From an uncultured Eubacteriales bacterium (lineage in GTDB: Bacteria > Bacillota > Clostridia > TANB77 > CAG-508), in the NCBI GenBank assembly GCA_963546185.1, contig CAUULU010000001.1, positions 35 through 64,034 of the forward strand: DNA of 64,000 nt, read 5' to 3'. The notes below the pieces were generated by a model that worked only from the letters and a program-made list of their open reading frames with translations, ran no database searches and was not told the origin of the DNA. Positions 12,401-23,447 of this stretch are shown here, piece after piece (within the stretch, counting starts at the first letter, position 1; the number at the start of each line of letters is the position of its first letter). The position numbers and the translations under genes are program-made.

Positions 12401-14386
12401 CTATAATTCTTGTATTTTACTGCTTTCATCATACATTTCTATTATATCTACTATTCTTTGTATAAAACTTTCAATCATAACTGTCTTAATCTTATTTTTC
12501 TTATTAGCTATACTTGTTTTTAAAAGTTTAATTAATTTTTCCATAAACTCTCTTTCAACATATAGTGTTTGTTTGTTTTTTCTTGCTCTTTCTACAAGCT
12601 TATCTCCAATTGTTATTATATCTTCATTACTTGCATTTGTAATTCTTTGGAACATTTGAAGTGGTTCATAATATTTAAAAATTGGTATATCCATACATTC
12701 TTTTTCAAACATATCATAGAAAAGTTCCATCTTCATTGGTATATTTCTAAATACATTTTCAGATAATTTTTTCATTTCTTTTTCATAAATTAAATCATTT
12801 AATTTAGTAAAATATTCTATTAATTCTTCCATTGCAATTCCAAAATCATTAGATATTTCTATTCCTAAATTGCTTATTTCTTCTTGTACATTTTTACAAT
12901 ATTTAGAGTGTATTACCGACTTATTCATACCTTTTAAAAACTTTTCTTTTACTTCTGTTATGTCTTTATCTATTAGTTCTTTTTGTTTAAAATATACAAA
13001 ATATGCAAATATTTTTATAATATCAACAAGTTCTAATTTTCCGATTTTCAATATCTTCTATTATCTCATCTATAATTTTTGGAAATTCATCATCAGATAT
13101 TTTCCAATATTCTTCAGTAAGTAATCTCTTATATCCTGGAAGTTTTTTAGTATCTATTGTAGATATTATATCTTCCATATCTCTTTTAAATATTTTCATA
13201 TCAAATATTCTTGTTCTTACATACATTTCTATAAACTTGAAGAAACGATATTCTGATTTAAAATTATAGTAATAATTACTATCAAATTCTTTTATATAGA
13301 ATTGTTTATTATCTGCAAGAACTCTTGATGATACAAGTATCTTTCTATATTCTTCATTATTTTGTATCCCTTCAAACTTATATTTTATAATCTTCCCTGC
13401 TTTTATTTCAAAAGATACTGCTATAGTAAATATTAGCATTGTTTGAAGTACTCTAAAACTTGTATCAGGATATGCCATATTTACTGTATTATATATTTTT
13501 TCAAAGTCATTAAGTGCATGTTTTAATATTCTTAAATTTCTTGTTCCACTTTTCATAAATGTATTTGTAATAATACCTGTATTTCCTCTTAAAAAGCGTA
13601 TAAGGTCTTTATTATTTTCATATCTTAACAATATCCCATTTATAATATAGTTAAACTGTGGTGCATATTCAAATGTTTCTCCAATAAGTTTTTCTTTTAT
13701 TCTTTCATAATCATTTACCTTATCAAAAACCATTTCTGTTTTATCTTTAATCTTTTCTACTAAAGGTTTTTCATCTTTTTTAGTTTCTAACAATTCACCT
13801 TGTTTATCTAATATATATGTAGAGATAAATGTTTTCATTTCTAAATTTGTATTTTTTAATTTAGTTGCAAGTTCTTTTTCATTACAGATTATTATTGTTT
13901 TTATATAGTCATGTTCTACAAACTTGTTTATATATCCGAAGTATGTCTATAACATCTACATTTGCCCTTTCTAAATCATCAAAACAAAGAACCTTATCAT
14001 CTGTACTAAAAAAACTACCATAATCTATCTTGTCCCCACCTTGTTTTAGACCAAAAATACTTGCCATATCCATGCTTGTTTTAGCATATTCTGGTATTTT
14101 AGTAACATCATTTTCTTTCATAAACTTCTTTAATGATTTGTCCATTAGTTGTGTTGTTTCTAAAAATATCTTTTTAGATATTTCTTCTAAATCTGATATA
14201 CCATATAGTGACATATATATTGTTGTATATTTTTTTCCATTTAATGTTAAGCTTTCTATTCTTTCCTTAACCTTATTATTCCAAAAATGTGTTTTTCCGG
14301 CTTCCCCATTCACCATTTATCATTATTGCATAATCTGTATAATCTGCTCTTACATAATCTAATATACTTTCAATTAGTTCTTCCAT
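12401..14386 (-). CDS. KAP-family P-loop NTPase (~660 aa); three +1 CGG sites (~13041, 13936, 14297)
   Basis: MEELIESILDY…INGEWGS[c]GKTHFWN (KAP Walker A GxWGSGKT); …DVIDIL[c]GYINKFVEHDYIKTIIICNE…; …EDIEN[c]GKLELVD…; joins ORFs 13909..14316, 13023..13838 and 12401..13051. Confidence 0.65.
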
Positions 14387-14420
14387 ATCTTTCCTTTATT
14401 CTATTTTTTCTTTTGTCTTA

Positions 14421-14994
14421 TTATAATCCAAGCATTAATCCTGGATATCCTTTAAATATTTGCCTACCTATTTTAATATTAAGTTCTTCTACTATTTTCA
14501 TTATATATTCAAAAGCTTTTTGTTCATCTTCATATATATTTGTTTTAAATTCTAATTCTACAAAACTTCCGAAGATTTTCTACAGTATCTATAGATATTA
14601 TTATATCTTTGTACAAATATGATGTTCTTTTTTTTTCTACAACTACAAGCTTTCTTACTTTTAATACATCAAAAATTTCTCTTATAGCGTCTATATCATC
14701 TACATTTGTTTCAACTTCTCTACATTTAAATTTAGCATTTTCTCCATCTTCTTTTGCCCAATTCTTATATGTAATACTGTATTTTCCTTTTTCTTCTCTT
14801 GTTCTTAACCATTCTGCAACTGGTCTTTTATCTAAAAAATTCCTATCATTTGGTGTAAAATATGTATCTTTTTGCATTTCATCCTTTTCCACCAATTTAG
14901 TATTATTATCTTTTTCTAATCTATCTAATATTTTAAGTAATTCTTTAACATTTAAGAGTTCAAACTTTACTTCTATTTCTATTCTTTTTTTCAT
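14421..14994 (-). CDS. CYTH-domain protein (CyaB/triphosphate tunnel family); one +1 CGG site (~14569)
   Basis: MKKRIEIEVKFEL… CYTH-like N-term; …DTVENL[c]GSFVELEFKTNIYEDEQKAFEYIMK… continues to a stop near 14421. Confidence 0.6.
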
Positions 14995-14996
14995 AA

Positions 14997-16805
14997 TTAT
15001 TTTTCTTCTTCATCAATTACCATTATATGTAATTCTTTTAATTGTTCTTCAGATATTTTTGATGGTGCATTTACCATTAAATCTCTTGCTTTCTTATTCT
15101 TAGGAAATGCTATTACTTCTCTTATACTTGTTTCTTCTGCTAAAAGCATAACTAATCTATCTAGTCCTGGTGCCGCTCCTGCATGTGGCATTGCTCCATA
15201 TTCAAACGCTGTATATAGTGCTTTAAATTTTTCTTGTAAGTCTTCTTTACTATATCCTGCTATTTTAAACACTTTTTCCATCATTTCTATATCATAATTT
15301 CTAACTGCTCCAGATGTAACCTCAAATCCATTACATACTGCATCATATTGGTATGCTTTTATACTTAATGGATCTACCTCTGTTATATCTTCTTTTGATA
15401 TTTGTGGCATTGAGAATGGATTGTGTGCAAAGTCTATTTTACCTTCATCATTTAATTCATACATTGGGAAATCTACTATAAAGCAGAATCTGAATGTATC
15501 TTTTTCTATTATATCTAGTTCTTGCCCTAGTTTTATTCTTGTTATACCTGCTATTTTTTCTGCCTTTTCTTTTATACTATTTGTGATTATAAACACAGAG
15601 TGATTATTATTATCAAATTCTAATAATCTTTCCTTTGCAATATAATCCTTAGTTCCCACTATCTCTTTAACTTTTTCATTTTCTTCTAATATACTGTTTT
15701 TTAAGTCTTCTGTTACAAACTTAGATATACCCCCAGATATTTCACCATCTTGTACCTTGTAATAATATATCTGCTCTTCTGTTTCTTTTTTTACTTCTTC
15801 TACAATCTTATCATATTCTTTCCTTGTAAGTATTTTAGGTATAACAATACCATATGTATTTTCTCTTATAATCGTAGCATTTTTTCTAATTTCTTCCATT
15901 TCTTTTGATATATTTACATTTAAAAGCACATTTCTTAAATCTGGCTTATCTATACCAAAATATTCTAAAGAATCACTATAGCTTATTCTTCTAAATCCTA
16001 CATTATCTACTTTTTTATCTGTATTTTTAGTAAATACATCATAAAGAAGCCCTTCTATAACCTTTAAAACATCTTCTTGCTCTGCAAAACTCATTTCAAA
16101 GTCTATTTGGTAAAATTCACATGGTGATCTATCTGCTCTAGGATCTTCATCTCTAAAACATGGTGCTATTTGGTAATATTTATCAAAACCTGACATCATA
16201 AGTAATTGTTTAAATTGTTGTGGTGCTTGTGGTAATGCATAAAATTCACCTTTGTGTAATCTACTTGGTACTAAATAGTCTCTTGCTCCTTCTGGTGATG
16301 AATTTGCAAATATTGGTGTTTGTATTTCTACAAATCCTAAACTATCCATATAGTTTCTTACATCTTTCATTATTTTTGATCTAAGTACAATATTTTTATG
16401 TATATCACTATTTCTTAAATCTAAAAACCTATATTGTAGTCTTAAATCTTCCTTATTATTTCTGTAATCACTGTTTATCTCAAATGGTAGATTTACCTTT
16501 GCTCTTCCTAAAACTTCTATTTCTTCCCCGTTTATTTCTATATCACCTGTTGGTATATTAGGGTTTTTATTTTCTCTTTCTACAACTTTTCCTTTTACTC
16601 TAATTGTACTTTCTGCAGGAACCTTACTATATTTTTCTATTAATTTTTCATCACGAATTACCACTTGTGTTATTCCATAATGGTCACGTATGTCTATAAA
16701 TGTAAGTCCTCCATAGTTTCTTATCTTTGAAACAAATCCTGCTATTATTACTTCTTCTCCTATATTTCCTATTCTAAGTTCATTACAATTATGTGTTCTG
16801 TACAT
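14997..16805 (-). CDS. aspS: Aspartate--tRNA ligase
   Basis: Intact 602-aa ORF, class II aaRS motifs (FRDED…, GAAPGLDRLVM). Confidence 0.9.
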   Translation of the reverse strand: MYRTHNCNELRIGNIGEEVIIAGFVSKIRNYGGLTFIDIRDHYGITQVVIRDEKLIEKYSKVPAESTIRVKGKVVERENKNPNIPTGDIEINGEEIEVLGRAKVNLPFEINSDYRNNKEDLRLQYRFLDLRNSDIHKNIVLRSKIMKDVRNYMDSLGFVEIQTPIFANSSPEGARDYLVPSRLHKGEFYALPQAPQQFKQLLMMSGFDKYYQIAPCFRDEDPRADRSPCEFYQIDFEMSFAEQEDVLKVIEGLLYDVFTKNTDKKVDNVGFRRISYSDSLEYFGIDKPDLRNVLLNVNISKEMEEIRKNATIIRENTYGIVIPKILTRKEYDKIVEEVKKETEEQIYYYKVQDGEISGGISKFVTEDLKNSILEENEKVKEIVGTKDYIAKERLLEFDNNNHSVFIITNSIKEKAEKIAGITRIKLGQELDIIEKDTFRFCFIVDFPMYELNDEGKIDFAHNPFSMPQISKEDITEVDPLSIKAYQYDAVCNGFEVTSGAVRNYDIEMMEKVFKIAGYSKEDLQEKFKALYTAFEYGAMPHAGAAPGLDRLVMLLAEETSIREVIAFPKNKKARDLMVNAPSKISEEQLKELHIMVIDEEEK

Positions 16806-16858
16806 ATTTTTCTCCTATTTCCTAATTTCCTATTAGATTATATCATAATCACTTAATG

Positions 16859-17461
16859 TTATACATATTTTAATATATTTTTACTGCTTTCTTCTACATA
16901 TTTTTCTATTTCTTTTTTCCTATACACATGTATATATGATGGATGGTATATTGTTATTGTATTATATCCAAGCTCAATGATTTTCTTTTTTAAATGTTTT
17001 TCAACAAGTCTACCAAGAAGTACAACTACTTTAGGTTTTACTATACTCAGTTCATATACAAGGTTATCAATACAATTTTCTATTTCCAAAATATCTGGAT
17101 ATCTAATCTTACCTTTTTCATTTATTGGTACACATTTTACCATATTTGACCTATAACATGAAATATTATTATTTTCTTTTAATAATCTTTCTTCTATCAT
17201 TTTAATTAATTTTCCACTATTTGTATTTTCTGATAGTGGCATTTCATCTTCTGTTTCTTTCATCTTTGCAGATATCCCCAAAAACATTATATCTGATTTT
17301 TTCATATTCTCTACTAAAGGTTTCTGATTACATGATATAATACACCTATTACATTTTGTTATTTTATTTTCTTTACAATTATTATTCACTTTTTTTGCTC
17401 TTTTCTTCTCATTTTCCATTATCTTATTATATATTGGTGTGTTTATAACAAGTACTTTCAT
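16859..17461 (-). CDS. Uracil-DNA glycosylase superfamily protein (family 4-like)
   Basis: 200-aa ORF with Cys cluster and UDG-like core (…MFLGISAK…SGKLI…HPSY). Confidence 0.5.
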   Translation of the reverse strand: MKVLVINTPIYNKIMENEKKRAKKVNNNCKENKITKCNRCIISCNQKPLVENMKKSDIMFLGISAKMKETEDEMPLSENTNSGKLIKMIEERLLKENNNISCYRSNMVKCVPINEKGKIRYPDILEIENCIDNLVYELSIVKPKVVVLLGRLVEKHLKKKIIELGYNTITIYHPSYIHVYRKKEIEKYVEESSKNILKYV

Positions 17462-17597
17462 TTTCTAACTTTAACTTTAATATATATGATTATATCACAT
17501 TTAATATTTACTTTAAAAGAAAAAAAGATTGTTAACAAAATTATAACAACTTTATTAACAACCTGAATAAACTATAATACGAATTCAGTAGTTTTTT

Positions 17598-17924
17598 CTA
17601 TTCTCTTATATATTTAGGGATATATAACTGTTTTAATCCAAATACTCCGACAATAAACCAGAAAATAGATTCTGCATTATATACTTTAGGAAATATTATA
17701 TATAACATACTAATATATATAATACATCCAATTGCAAGTTGAAGTATTGCCAATTCTCTTTCATTTTTATCATAACTATTTTCATCTCGACACAAAACAA
17801 GTGAAGGGATTAAAAACAATAAAATAGTTTGAATTCTGCAATTATTAATAAATAATAGCACTAATGTTACAGTTATCCGAATTACCTGTGAGAATTCGTA
17901 TCTTACAATTAGTTTCTTTTCCAT
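17598..17924 (-). CDS. Hypothetical small membrane protein (108 aa) containing one in-frame CGG read as Arg; doubtful
   Basis: ORF only; if the CGG rule applies the product stops after 16 aa. Confidence 0.25.
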   Translation of the reverse strand: MEKKLIVRYEFSQVIRITVTLVLLFINNCRIQTILLFLIPSLVLCRDENSYDKNERELAILQLAIGCIIYISMLYIIFPKVYNAESIFWFIVGVFGLKQLYIPKYIRE

Positions 17925-18043
17925 TTGAATCCTCCTTTCTTATAACACAATTTTGTATCATAATTATATTTTTTGTTACCGCAATTATTATATCACATCA
18001 CATTGATTTGTAAATGCTTTTAATAATATTTTAAAAATAGTAA

Positions 18044-18077
18044 ATTTAAAAGATGTATCCAAATAGATACACCTTTA
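18044..18077 (-). terminator. Terminator-like hairpin plus U-run downstream of the surface-protein gene
   Basis: GGTGTATC…GATACATC imperfect stem followed by TTTTAAATTT on the minus strand. Confidence 0.4.
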
Positions 18078-18080
18078 ATA

Positions 18081-19574
18081 TTATTTCATATAGCCTGGAA
18101 TGCTTGAATAGTTTGAAGCTGATATACAATACCAAAACATACCAGAACTTATTCCTCCTCTTTCTTTAACTTTCTTTCCAAGTTCTATAATATTTTCTGG
18201 TATACTTGTTAAGCCTGCACATTTAGAAAATGTATCCTCAAAACTCGTTACATTTACATTATTTTTAAATAATTCTTCTGGGATACTTGTTAGTCCTGTA
18301 CACATTTCAAATGTTTTCTTAAAACTTGTCACATTCACATTATTCTTAAACAACTCTTCCGGAATACTTGTTAATCCTGTACACCTTTCAAATATCGAAC
18401 CAAAATTTGTTGCATTTACATTATTCTTAAACAATCCTTCTGGGACACTTGTTAATCCTAAGCATCCAACAAATACATTCTCAAAATTTGTTGCATTTAT
18501 ATTATTTTTAAATAAACCTTCTGGGATACTTGTTAATCCTGAGCATCCAGTAAATGAATTTTCAAAATTTATTGCATTTATATTATTCTTAAATAATCCT
18601 TCTGGAATACTTGTTAGACCTTTGCAATTATAAAATATACGTGCAAAACTTGTAATATTCAAATTATTTTTAAATAATCCTTCGGGGATACTTGTTATAT
18701 TATTACACATAGTAAATGTACTCATAACTGTACTTGTTGTTTTTTTGCTAAACAACCATTCTGGAATTTCTGTAAATTTAGCATTTATATATTTAACTAG
18801 TATTTTATCTGGCTCTGGCTCATATATTTTAGATACACTATATATTTCTAATGTAGTATTTTCTTTTATATTTCCCCATTGTAGTATTTCAATTTCAAAA
18901 TCATTAATATTCATAATACCTATTCTAAAATCTGTAATATTTTTAAATTTTAAAATATATTCCCCTCTATTATAGGCCTTTTGTTCAGGATAATACAATT
19001 CTGCGATTACTCCATTTCCATAGTCTACTTCTATAGGGTCTGTTGAACTTGCTCCAAACATTACTTCTGTATTTTTTTTAACTACAAGCTTACATATCAT
19101 CTTATCCTTGTCTTCTTCTGGTATTGTAACCCCACCTACTGTCTTAGGCCATGATTCTGTTGAAGAAGTTCCACCTGTACTTGTACCTGATGAAAATCCA
19201 CCAGCTACTGTACCTTGTATAACATTTAAAACATTAGTCTTTGTATCAATAACATTACCATTCTTGTCAGTTATATCATCTCCTACTATATTATATTTAT
19301 CTCTAAACTGAGTTGTAGATAATGCTAGCTCTACTTGTGGACTTGGTTGTCCATTTTCAAGTGCTTTTGCATTTAATGTTGCATAACTTAGTTTAGCTGT
19401 TTCATATAGTTCTGCTTTTGCTTGTTCTTTTTGAGCTTGAACTGATTTTGCTATTAGTCCATTTTCTCCCATTGCAATTTGTAATGCTACTCCTGCTAAA
19501 AGTAACATTATAACTATGGTTATAACTAATGCAATTAAAGTTATACCTGTATTTTTTTCTTTTTTAGTTATCAT
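18081..19574 (-). CDS. Surface protein: type IV pilin-like N-terminal signal (KNTG|ITLIALVITIV…) fused to BspA-type leucine-rich repeats (GLTSIPEGLFKNN…)
   Basis: Intact 497-aa ORF; ~10 tandem 22-aa repeats. Confidence 0.6.
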   Translation of the reverse strand: MITKKEKNTGITLIALVITIVIMLLLAGVALQIAMGENGLIAKSVQAQKEQAKAELYETAKLSYATLNAKALENGQPSPQVELALSTTQFRDKYNIVGDDITDKNGNVIDTKTNVLNVIQGTVAGGFSSGTSTGGTSSTESWPKTVGGVTIPEEDKDKMICKLVVKKNTEVMFGASSTDPIEVDYGNGVIAELYYPEQKAYNRGEYILKFKNITDFRIGIMNINDFEIEILQWGNIKENTTLEIYSVSKIYEPEPDKILVKYINAKFTEIPEWLFSKKTTSTVMSTFTMCNNITSIPEGLFKNNLNITSFARIFYNCKGLTSIPEGLFKNNINAINFENSFTGCSGLTSIPEGLFKNNINATNFENVFVGCLGLTSVPEGLFKNNVNATNFGSIFERCTGLTSIPEELFKNNVNVTSFKKTFEMCTGLTSIPEELFKNNVNVTSFEDTFSKCAGLTSIPENIIELGKKVKERGGISSGMFWYCISASNYSSIPGYMK

Positions 19575-19739
19575 TAGTATCTATTCCTCTCATATATTAT
19601 AATTATATTTTAAGTTCAATATTATATTATTTCTAGATATGTTACACTATTTTAATACTAATTTCACTTGCTTTTTTATAATAAAAAAAGATGATTACAT
19701 ATAACCATCCTTTCTTATATTTCCTCATATTATTTAAGA

Positions 19740-20240
19740 TTATAATACTTCTAGTATAGCCATCTTAGCATTATCTCCACGTCTTGGGTTTAATTTAACT
19801 ATTCTAGTATAACCACCAACTCTTCCTTCTTGGTTTTTAGCTATTTCACCAAAAATCTTAGCGATTACATCTGTACCTTTAACCTTATTAACTTTTTTCA
19901 TTATTTGTCTTCTAGCATGTAATCTTGAAGGTAAATCTTTTTCTCTTTTTTCAGTAGTTTCTACTTTAACTACTTTGTTGTATTCTTTACCATTCTTACT
20001 TACAGCTTTTTCTGTTACTTTACGTCCATTAGCATCTAACTTAGCTTTAATAACTTTTTGATCAACTAGTTCGAAATTATCTTTTTCTTTTACTGCTAGT
20101 GATACTATGCTATCTGCTATTGCTTTAACTTCTTTAGCTCTATCTTCTGTTGTTGTTATTTTACCATGTAAGAATAGATCTGTTGTTAATGTTTTAAGCA
20201 TTGCTAATCTTTGATCTGTAGGTCTTCCTAGTTTTCTCAT
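19740..20240 (-). CDS. rplQ: 50S ribosomal protein L17
   Basis: Protein similarity, position after rpoA. Confidence 0.9.
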   Translation of the reverse strand: MRKLGRPTDQRLAMLKTLTTDLFLHGKITTTEDRAKEVKAIADSIVSLAVKEKDNFELVDQKVIKAKLDANGRKVTEKAVSKNGKEYNKVVKVETTEKREKDLPSRLHARRQIMKKVNKVKGTDVIAKIFGEIAKNQEGRVGGYTRIVKLNPRRGDNAKMAILEVL

Positions 20241-20255
20241 TTAATTGTCCTTTCC

Positions 20256-21203
20256 TTATTTATCTTCTTTTTTAAATTCTAATCCTAATTCTTCAACCTT
20301 ATTAACTATTTCTTCTAATGATTTAGCTCCTAGATTTTTAAATTTCTTCACTTCTTCTTTAGTGTATGAAATTAAATCTCTAACTGTTTTTATTTCTTTA
20401 ATTTTTAAACAATTCATAGGTCTCTTACTAAAGTTTAAATCTTCAACTTTTGTATCTAAAATTTCTAAATCTTCTTCTTTTTTAGGTTCTAACATAACTT
20501 GTACTTTTTTAACAATTTCTGTTAGATCTATAAATAGTTCTAAGTGGCTTGACATTATCTTAGCTGCTAAACTAATTGATTCTTCTGTTGTTAAGCTACC
20601 ATCTGTCCAAACTTCTAACACTAATCTATCATAGTCTGTTCTATCACCAACTCTTGTATTTTCTATAACATAGTTAACTTTTTTAACTGGTGTAAAGATT
20701 GAATCTATTGCTATATAATTTATATCTTCATTTTCCTTCTTATTTCTATCTACTGTATTATATCCTCTACCTTTTTCTACAGTAATTTCCATTACAAGGT
20801 TTGCTCCTTCTGAAGCTGTTGCAATTAATTGATCCTTATTTAGTACTTCAATACCATCTACTGTTTTAATATCAGCTGCAGTTATAATCCCTGCACCTTT
20901 ATGTTTTAAAGTTAGTTTTTTTGGTTCTTGTGTATCCATTTTAAATCTAATTGATTTTAAATTTAAAATTATTTCCATAACATCTTCAACTATATTTGGA
21001 ATAGTAGTGAATTCATGTTGAACTCCTTCAATTTTAACCCCTGTTATTGCTGCTCCAGGTAATGATGATAATAATACTCTTCTTAAAGCATTACCAAGTG
21101 TTATACCATATCCTCTTTCTAATGGTTCACACACAAACTTTCCATAATTATTAACTCTATCATCTACTAAGCATTCAATATTTGGTTTTTCAAACTCTAT
21201 CAT
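20256..21203 (-). CDS. rpoA: DNA-directed RNA polymerase subunit alpha
   Basis: 315-aa intact ORF, canonical position. Confidence 0.9.
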   Translation of the reverse strand: MIEFEKPNIECLVDDRVNNYGKFVCEPLERGYGITLGNALRRVLLSSLPGAAITGVKIEGVQHEFTTIPNIVEDVMEIILNLKSIRFKMDTQEPKKLTLKHKGAGIITAADIKTVDGIEVLNKDQLIATASEGANLVMEITVEKGRGYNTVDRNKKENEDINYIAIDSIFTPVKKVNYVIENTRVGDRTDYDRLVLEVWTDGSLTTEESISLAAKIMSSHLELFIDLTEIVKKVQVMLEPKKEEDLEILDTKVEDLNFSKRPMNCLKIKEIKTVRDLISYTKEEVKKFKNLGAKSLEEIVNKVEELGLEFKKEDK

Positions 21204-21307
21204 TATTCCTCCCGAACTTATAAGTTATTATTAATATATCCTCATAGTATATTAATAATACTTTTAAGCAAATTTCTATATATATTTTTAAAGTTAAGCA
21301 CAAGTAC

Positions 21308-21901
21308 CTATTTTGAGTAAAGCTCAACTATTAAGTGTTCTTCGATTGGAAGATCTATTTCTTCTCTTTCTGGTAATCTTAAAACTTTTATACTTAATTC
21401 TTTTTCATTAACATCTAACCATTCTACAACTGATGCTACATGCTTTTCAGTTAAATTTAATTTTATCATTGGATGTTCTTTTTTAGCTTCTCTTACTGCT
21501 ATAACATCACCTTGTTTTACTAGGTATGATGCTATATCTGTTTTTACTCCGTTTACTTCTATTGCTCCATGTGAAATCATTTGTCTTGCTTGTGGTCTAG
21601 TTTTAGCAAAACCTGATCTAAATAATATATTGTCTAATCTACTTTCTAATATTTGAAGTAAATTTTCCCCTGTTATTCCTTTTCTTCTTGAAGCTTTTTC
21701 AAAATATCTTCTAAATTGTTTTTCACTTACATCATATATAAATTTAGCTCTTTGTTTTTCTCTTAATTGCACACCATATTCGCTTAACTTTTTGAAAGAT
21801 TTTTTAGGTTTTCTTTCAGAAGTTTTGTTTATCCCGATATATGTTGGGCTAATTCCTAAAGCTCTACATCTTTTAAGAACTGGAACTTTAAATCTTGCCA
21901 T
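21308..21901 (-). CDS. rpsD: 30S ribosomal protein S4
   Basis: Protein similarity. Confidence 0.9.
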   Translation of the reverse strand: MARFKVPVLKRCRALGISPTYIGINKTSERKPKKSFKKLSEYGVQLREKQRAKFIYDVSEKQFRRYFEKASRRKGITGENLLQILESRLDNILFRSGFAKTRPQARQMISHGAIEVNGVKTDIASYLVKQGDVIAVREAKKEHPMIKLNLTEKHVASVVEWLDVNEKELSIKVLRLPEREEIDLPIEEHLIVELYSK

Positions 21902-21991
21902 GTTTCTCTCCTTTTCTTATATTTTCATTATAATTATCTATTTACTTTAATTAAATTTTATTATTTTACTTGAAATTACACAGTCACCAAA

Positions 21992-22384
21992 CTATGGTCT
22001 TCTTCTTTTTGGTGGTCTACATCCATTATGTGGAATTGGTGTAACATCTTTAATACTTGTTATTTCTAATCCTGCAGTTGCAATTGATCTAATTGCTGTT
22101 TCTCTACCTGAACCTGGTCCTTTTATAAATACTGCTACTGATTTTAATCCCATATCTGCTGCTTTTTTAGCTGCTGCTTCTGCTGCTTCTCCAGCTGCAA
22201 ATGGTGTACTTTTTCTTGAACCTTTAAATCCTAAGTCACCAGCACTTGCCCAAGTTATTACATTTCCAGCTTTATCTGTAATTGTAACTATTGTATTGTT
22301 AAAACTTGCATGTATATGTGCTGCTCCTGCATCAAAAGTTAATTTCTTTTTTCTAGTTGCTTTTTTCTTTGCTACCTTAGCCAT
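21992..22384 (-). CDS. rpsK: 30S ribosomal protein S11
   Basis: Protein similarity. Confidence 0.9.
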   Translation of the reverse strand: MAKVAKKKATRKKKLTFDAGAAHIHASFNNTIVTITDKAGNVITWASAGDLGFKGSRKSTPFAAGEAAEAAAKKAADMGLKSVAVFIKGPGSGRETAIRSIATAGLEITSIKDVTPIPHNGCRPPKRRRP

Positions 22385-22419
22385 TACTTACTTTTCCTCC
22401 TATATTACTATATTAGTGC

Positions 22420-22788
22420 TTATTTCTTTTTAGATCTACTTACAACTTTTTTAGGTCCTTTTCTAGTACGAGCATTTGTCTTAGTTCTTTGACCTCTAAC
22501 AGGTAAGCCTCTTCTATGTCTTAATCCTCTGTAGCATCCTATTTCTTTTAATCTCTTTATATCAAGTGCTACTTCACGTCTTAAATCACCTTCTACAGTG
22601 TAATTAGTTATTTCTTTTCTTATTTCATTAACTTGTTCATCAGTTAAATCTTTTACCCTAGTATCTGGATTAATATTCACTTTTTTTAATATCTTGTTTG
22701 ATAATGTTTTACCAATCCCATAGATATATGTTAATGATATTTCCACTCTTTTTTCTCTAGGTATATCTACTCCCGCTATACGAGCCAT
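22420..22788 (-). CDS. rpsM: 30S ribosomal protein S13
   Basis: Protein similarity. Confidence 0.9.
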   Translation of the reverse strand: MARIAGVDIPREKRVEISLTYIYGIGKTLSNKILKKVNINPDTRVKDLTDEQVNEIRKEITNYTVEGDLRREVALDIKRLKEIGCYRGLRHRRGLPVRGQRTKTNARTRKGPKKVVSRSKKK

Positions 22789-23015
22789 AAATTTAATCCT
22801 CCATTTTTATAATTAAAATTTATTTTATTTTTCTTTTTAAGTATATATCATCTAAAATCAATTTGAAATGTAGAAAATATATAGACAAATAACAAAGGAT
22901 GAGGTTCTCTCTTATTTATCTACATAAGTCCTAGTACCGACTTTAAACATATATTTACATATACAAGTCCTAGCCGCAAACTGTATATTCCTAAAATCAA
23001 TTTATTCTTTTGTTA

Positions 23016-23129
23016 TTATCCTTGTCTTTGTTTGTGTTTTGGGTTATCACATATAACTCTTACAACACCTTTTCTTTTTATAACCTTACATTTATCACAC
23101 ATTGGTTTTACTGATGGTCTTACTTTCAT
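23016..23129 (-). CDS. rpmJ: 50S ribosomal protein L36 ([37 protein letters not shown])
   Basis: Hand-translated; below the 60-aa ORF-track cutoff. Confidence 0.85.
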   Translation of the reverse strand: MKVRPSVKPMCDKCKVIKRKGVVRVICDNPKHKQRQG

Positions 23130-23139
23130 TTTTTTCCTC

Positions 23140-23370
23140 CTATTTTCCTCTCCAAATTATACGACCTCTATTTAAGTCATATGGTGAGATTTCTAGTTTT
23201 ACTTTATCTCCTGGTAATATTTTAATATAATGCATTCTTAATTTACCAGATATATGTGCAAGCAGTTCATGTCCATTATCAAGTCTTACTTTAAAAGTAG
23301 TATTTGGTAATGTTTCAATCACTGTACCTTCTAACTCTATTAGTTCTTCTTTTGGCACTTTATCCCCCAT
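23140..23370 (-). CDS. infA: Translation initiation factor IF-1 (probable start at [10 protein letters not shown]…)
   Basis: Protein similarity; ORF extends upstream to 23412 but the conserved length suggests an internal start. Confidence 0.85.
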   Translation of the reverse strand: MGDKVPKEELIELEGTVIETLPNTTFKVRLDNGHELLAHISGKLRMHYIKILPGDKVKLEISPYDLNRGRIIWRGK

Positions 23371-23447
23371 TTTTTTGTATTTTTTTAATAGCTTTCTTTT
23401 TAAAAAAGCCATTAAATTACTTCTATCATGATACCATTTTTTCCCTT

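Noticed and set aside
17598-17924. 108-aa membrane ORF treated as a confident gene.
   Set aside because: It contains an in-frame CGG that would truncate it to 16 aa under the recoding rule and has no homology support. It is kept at low confidence only.
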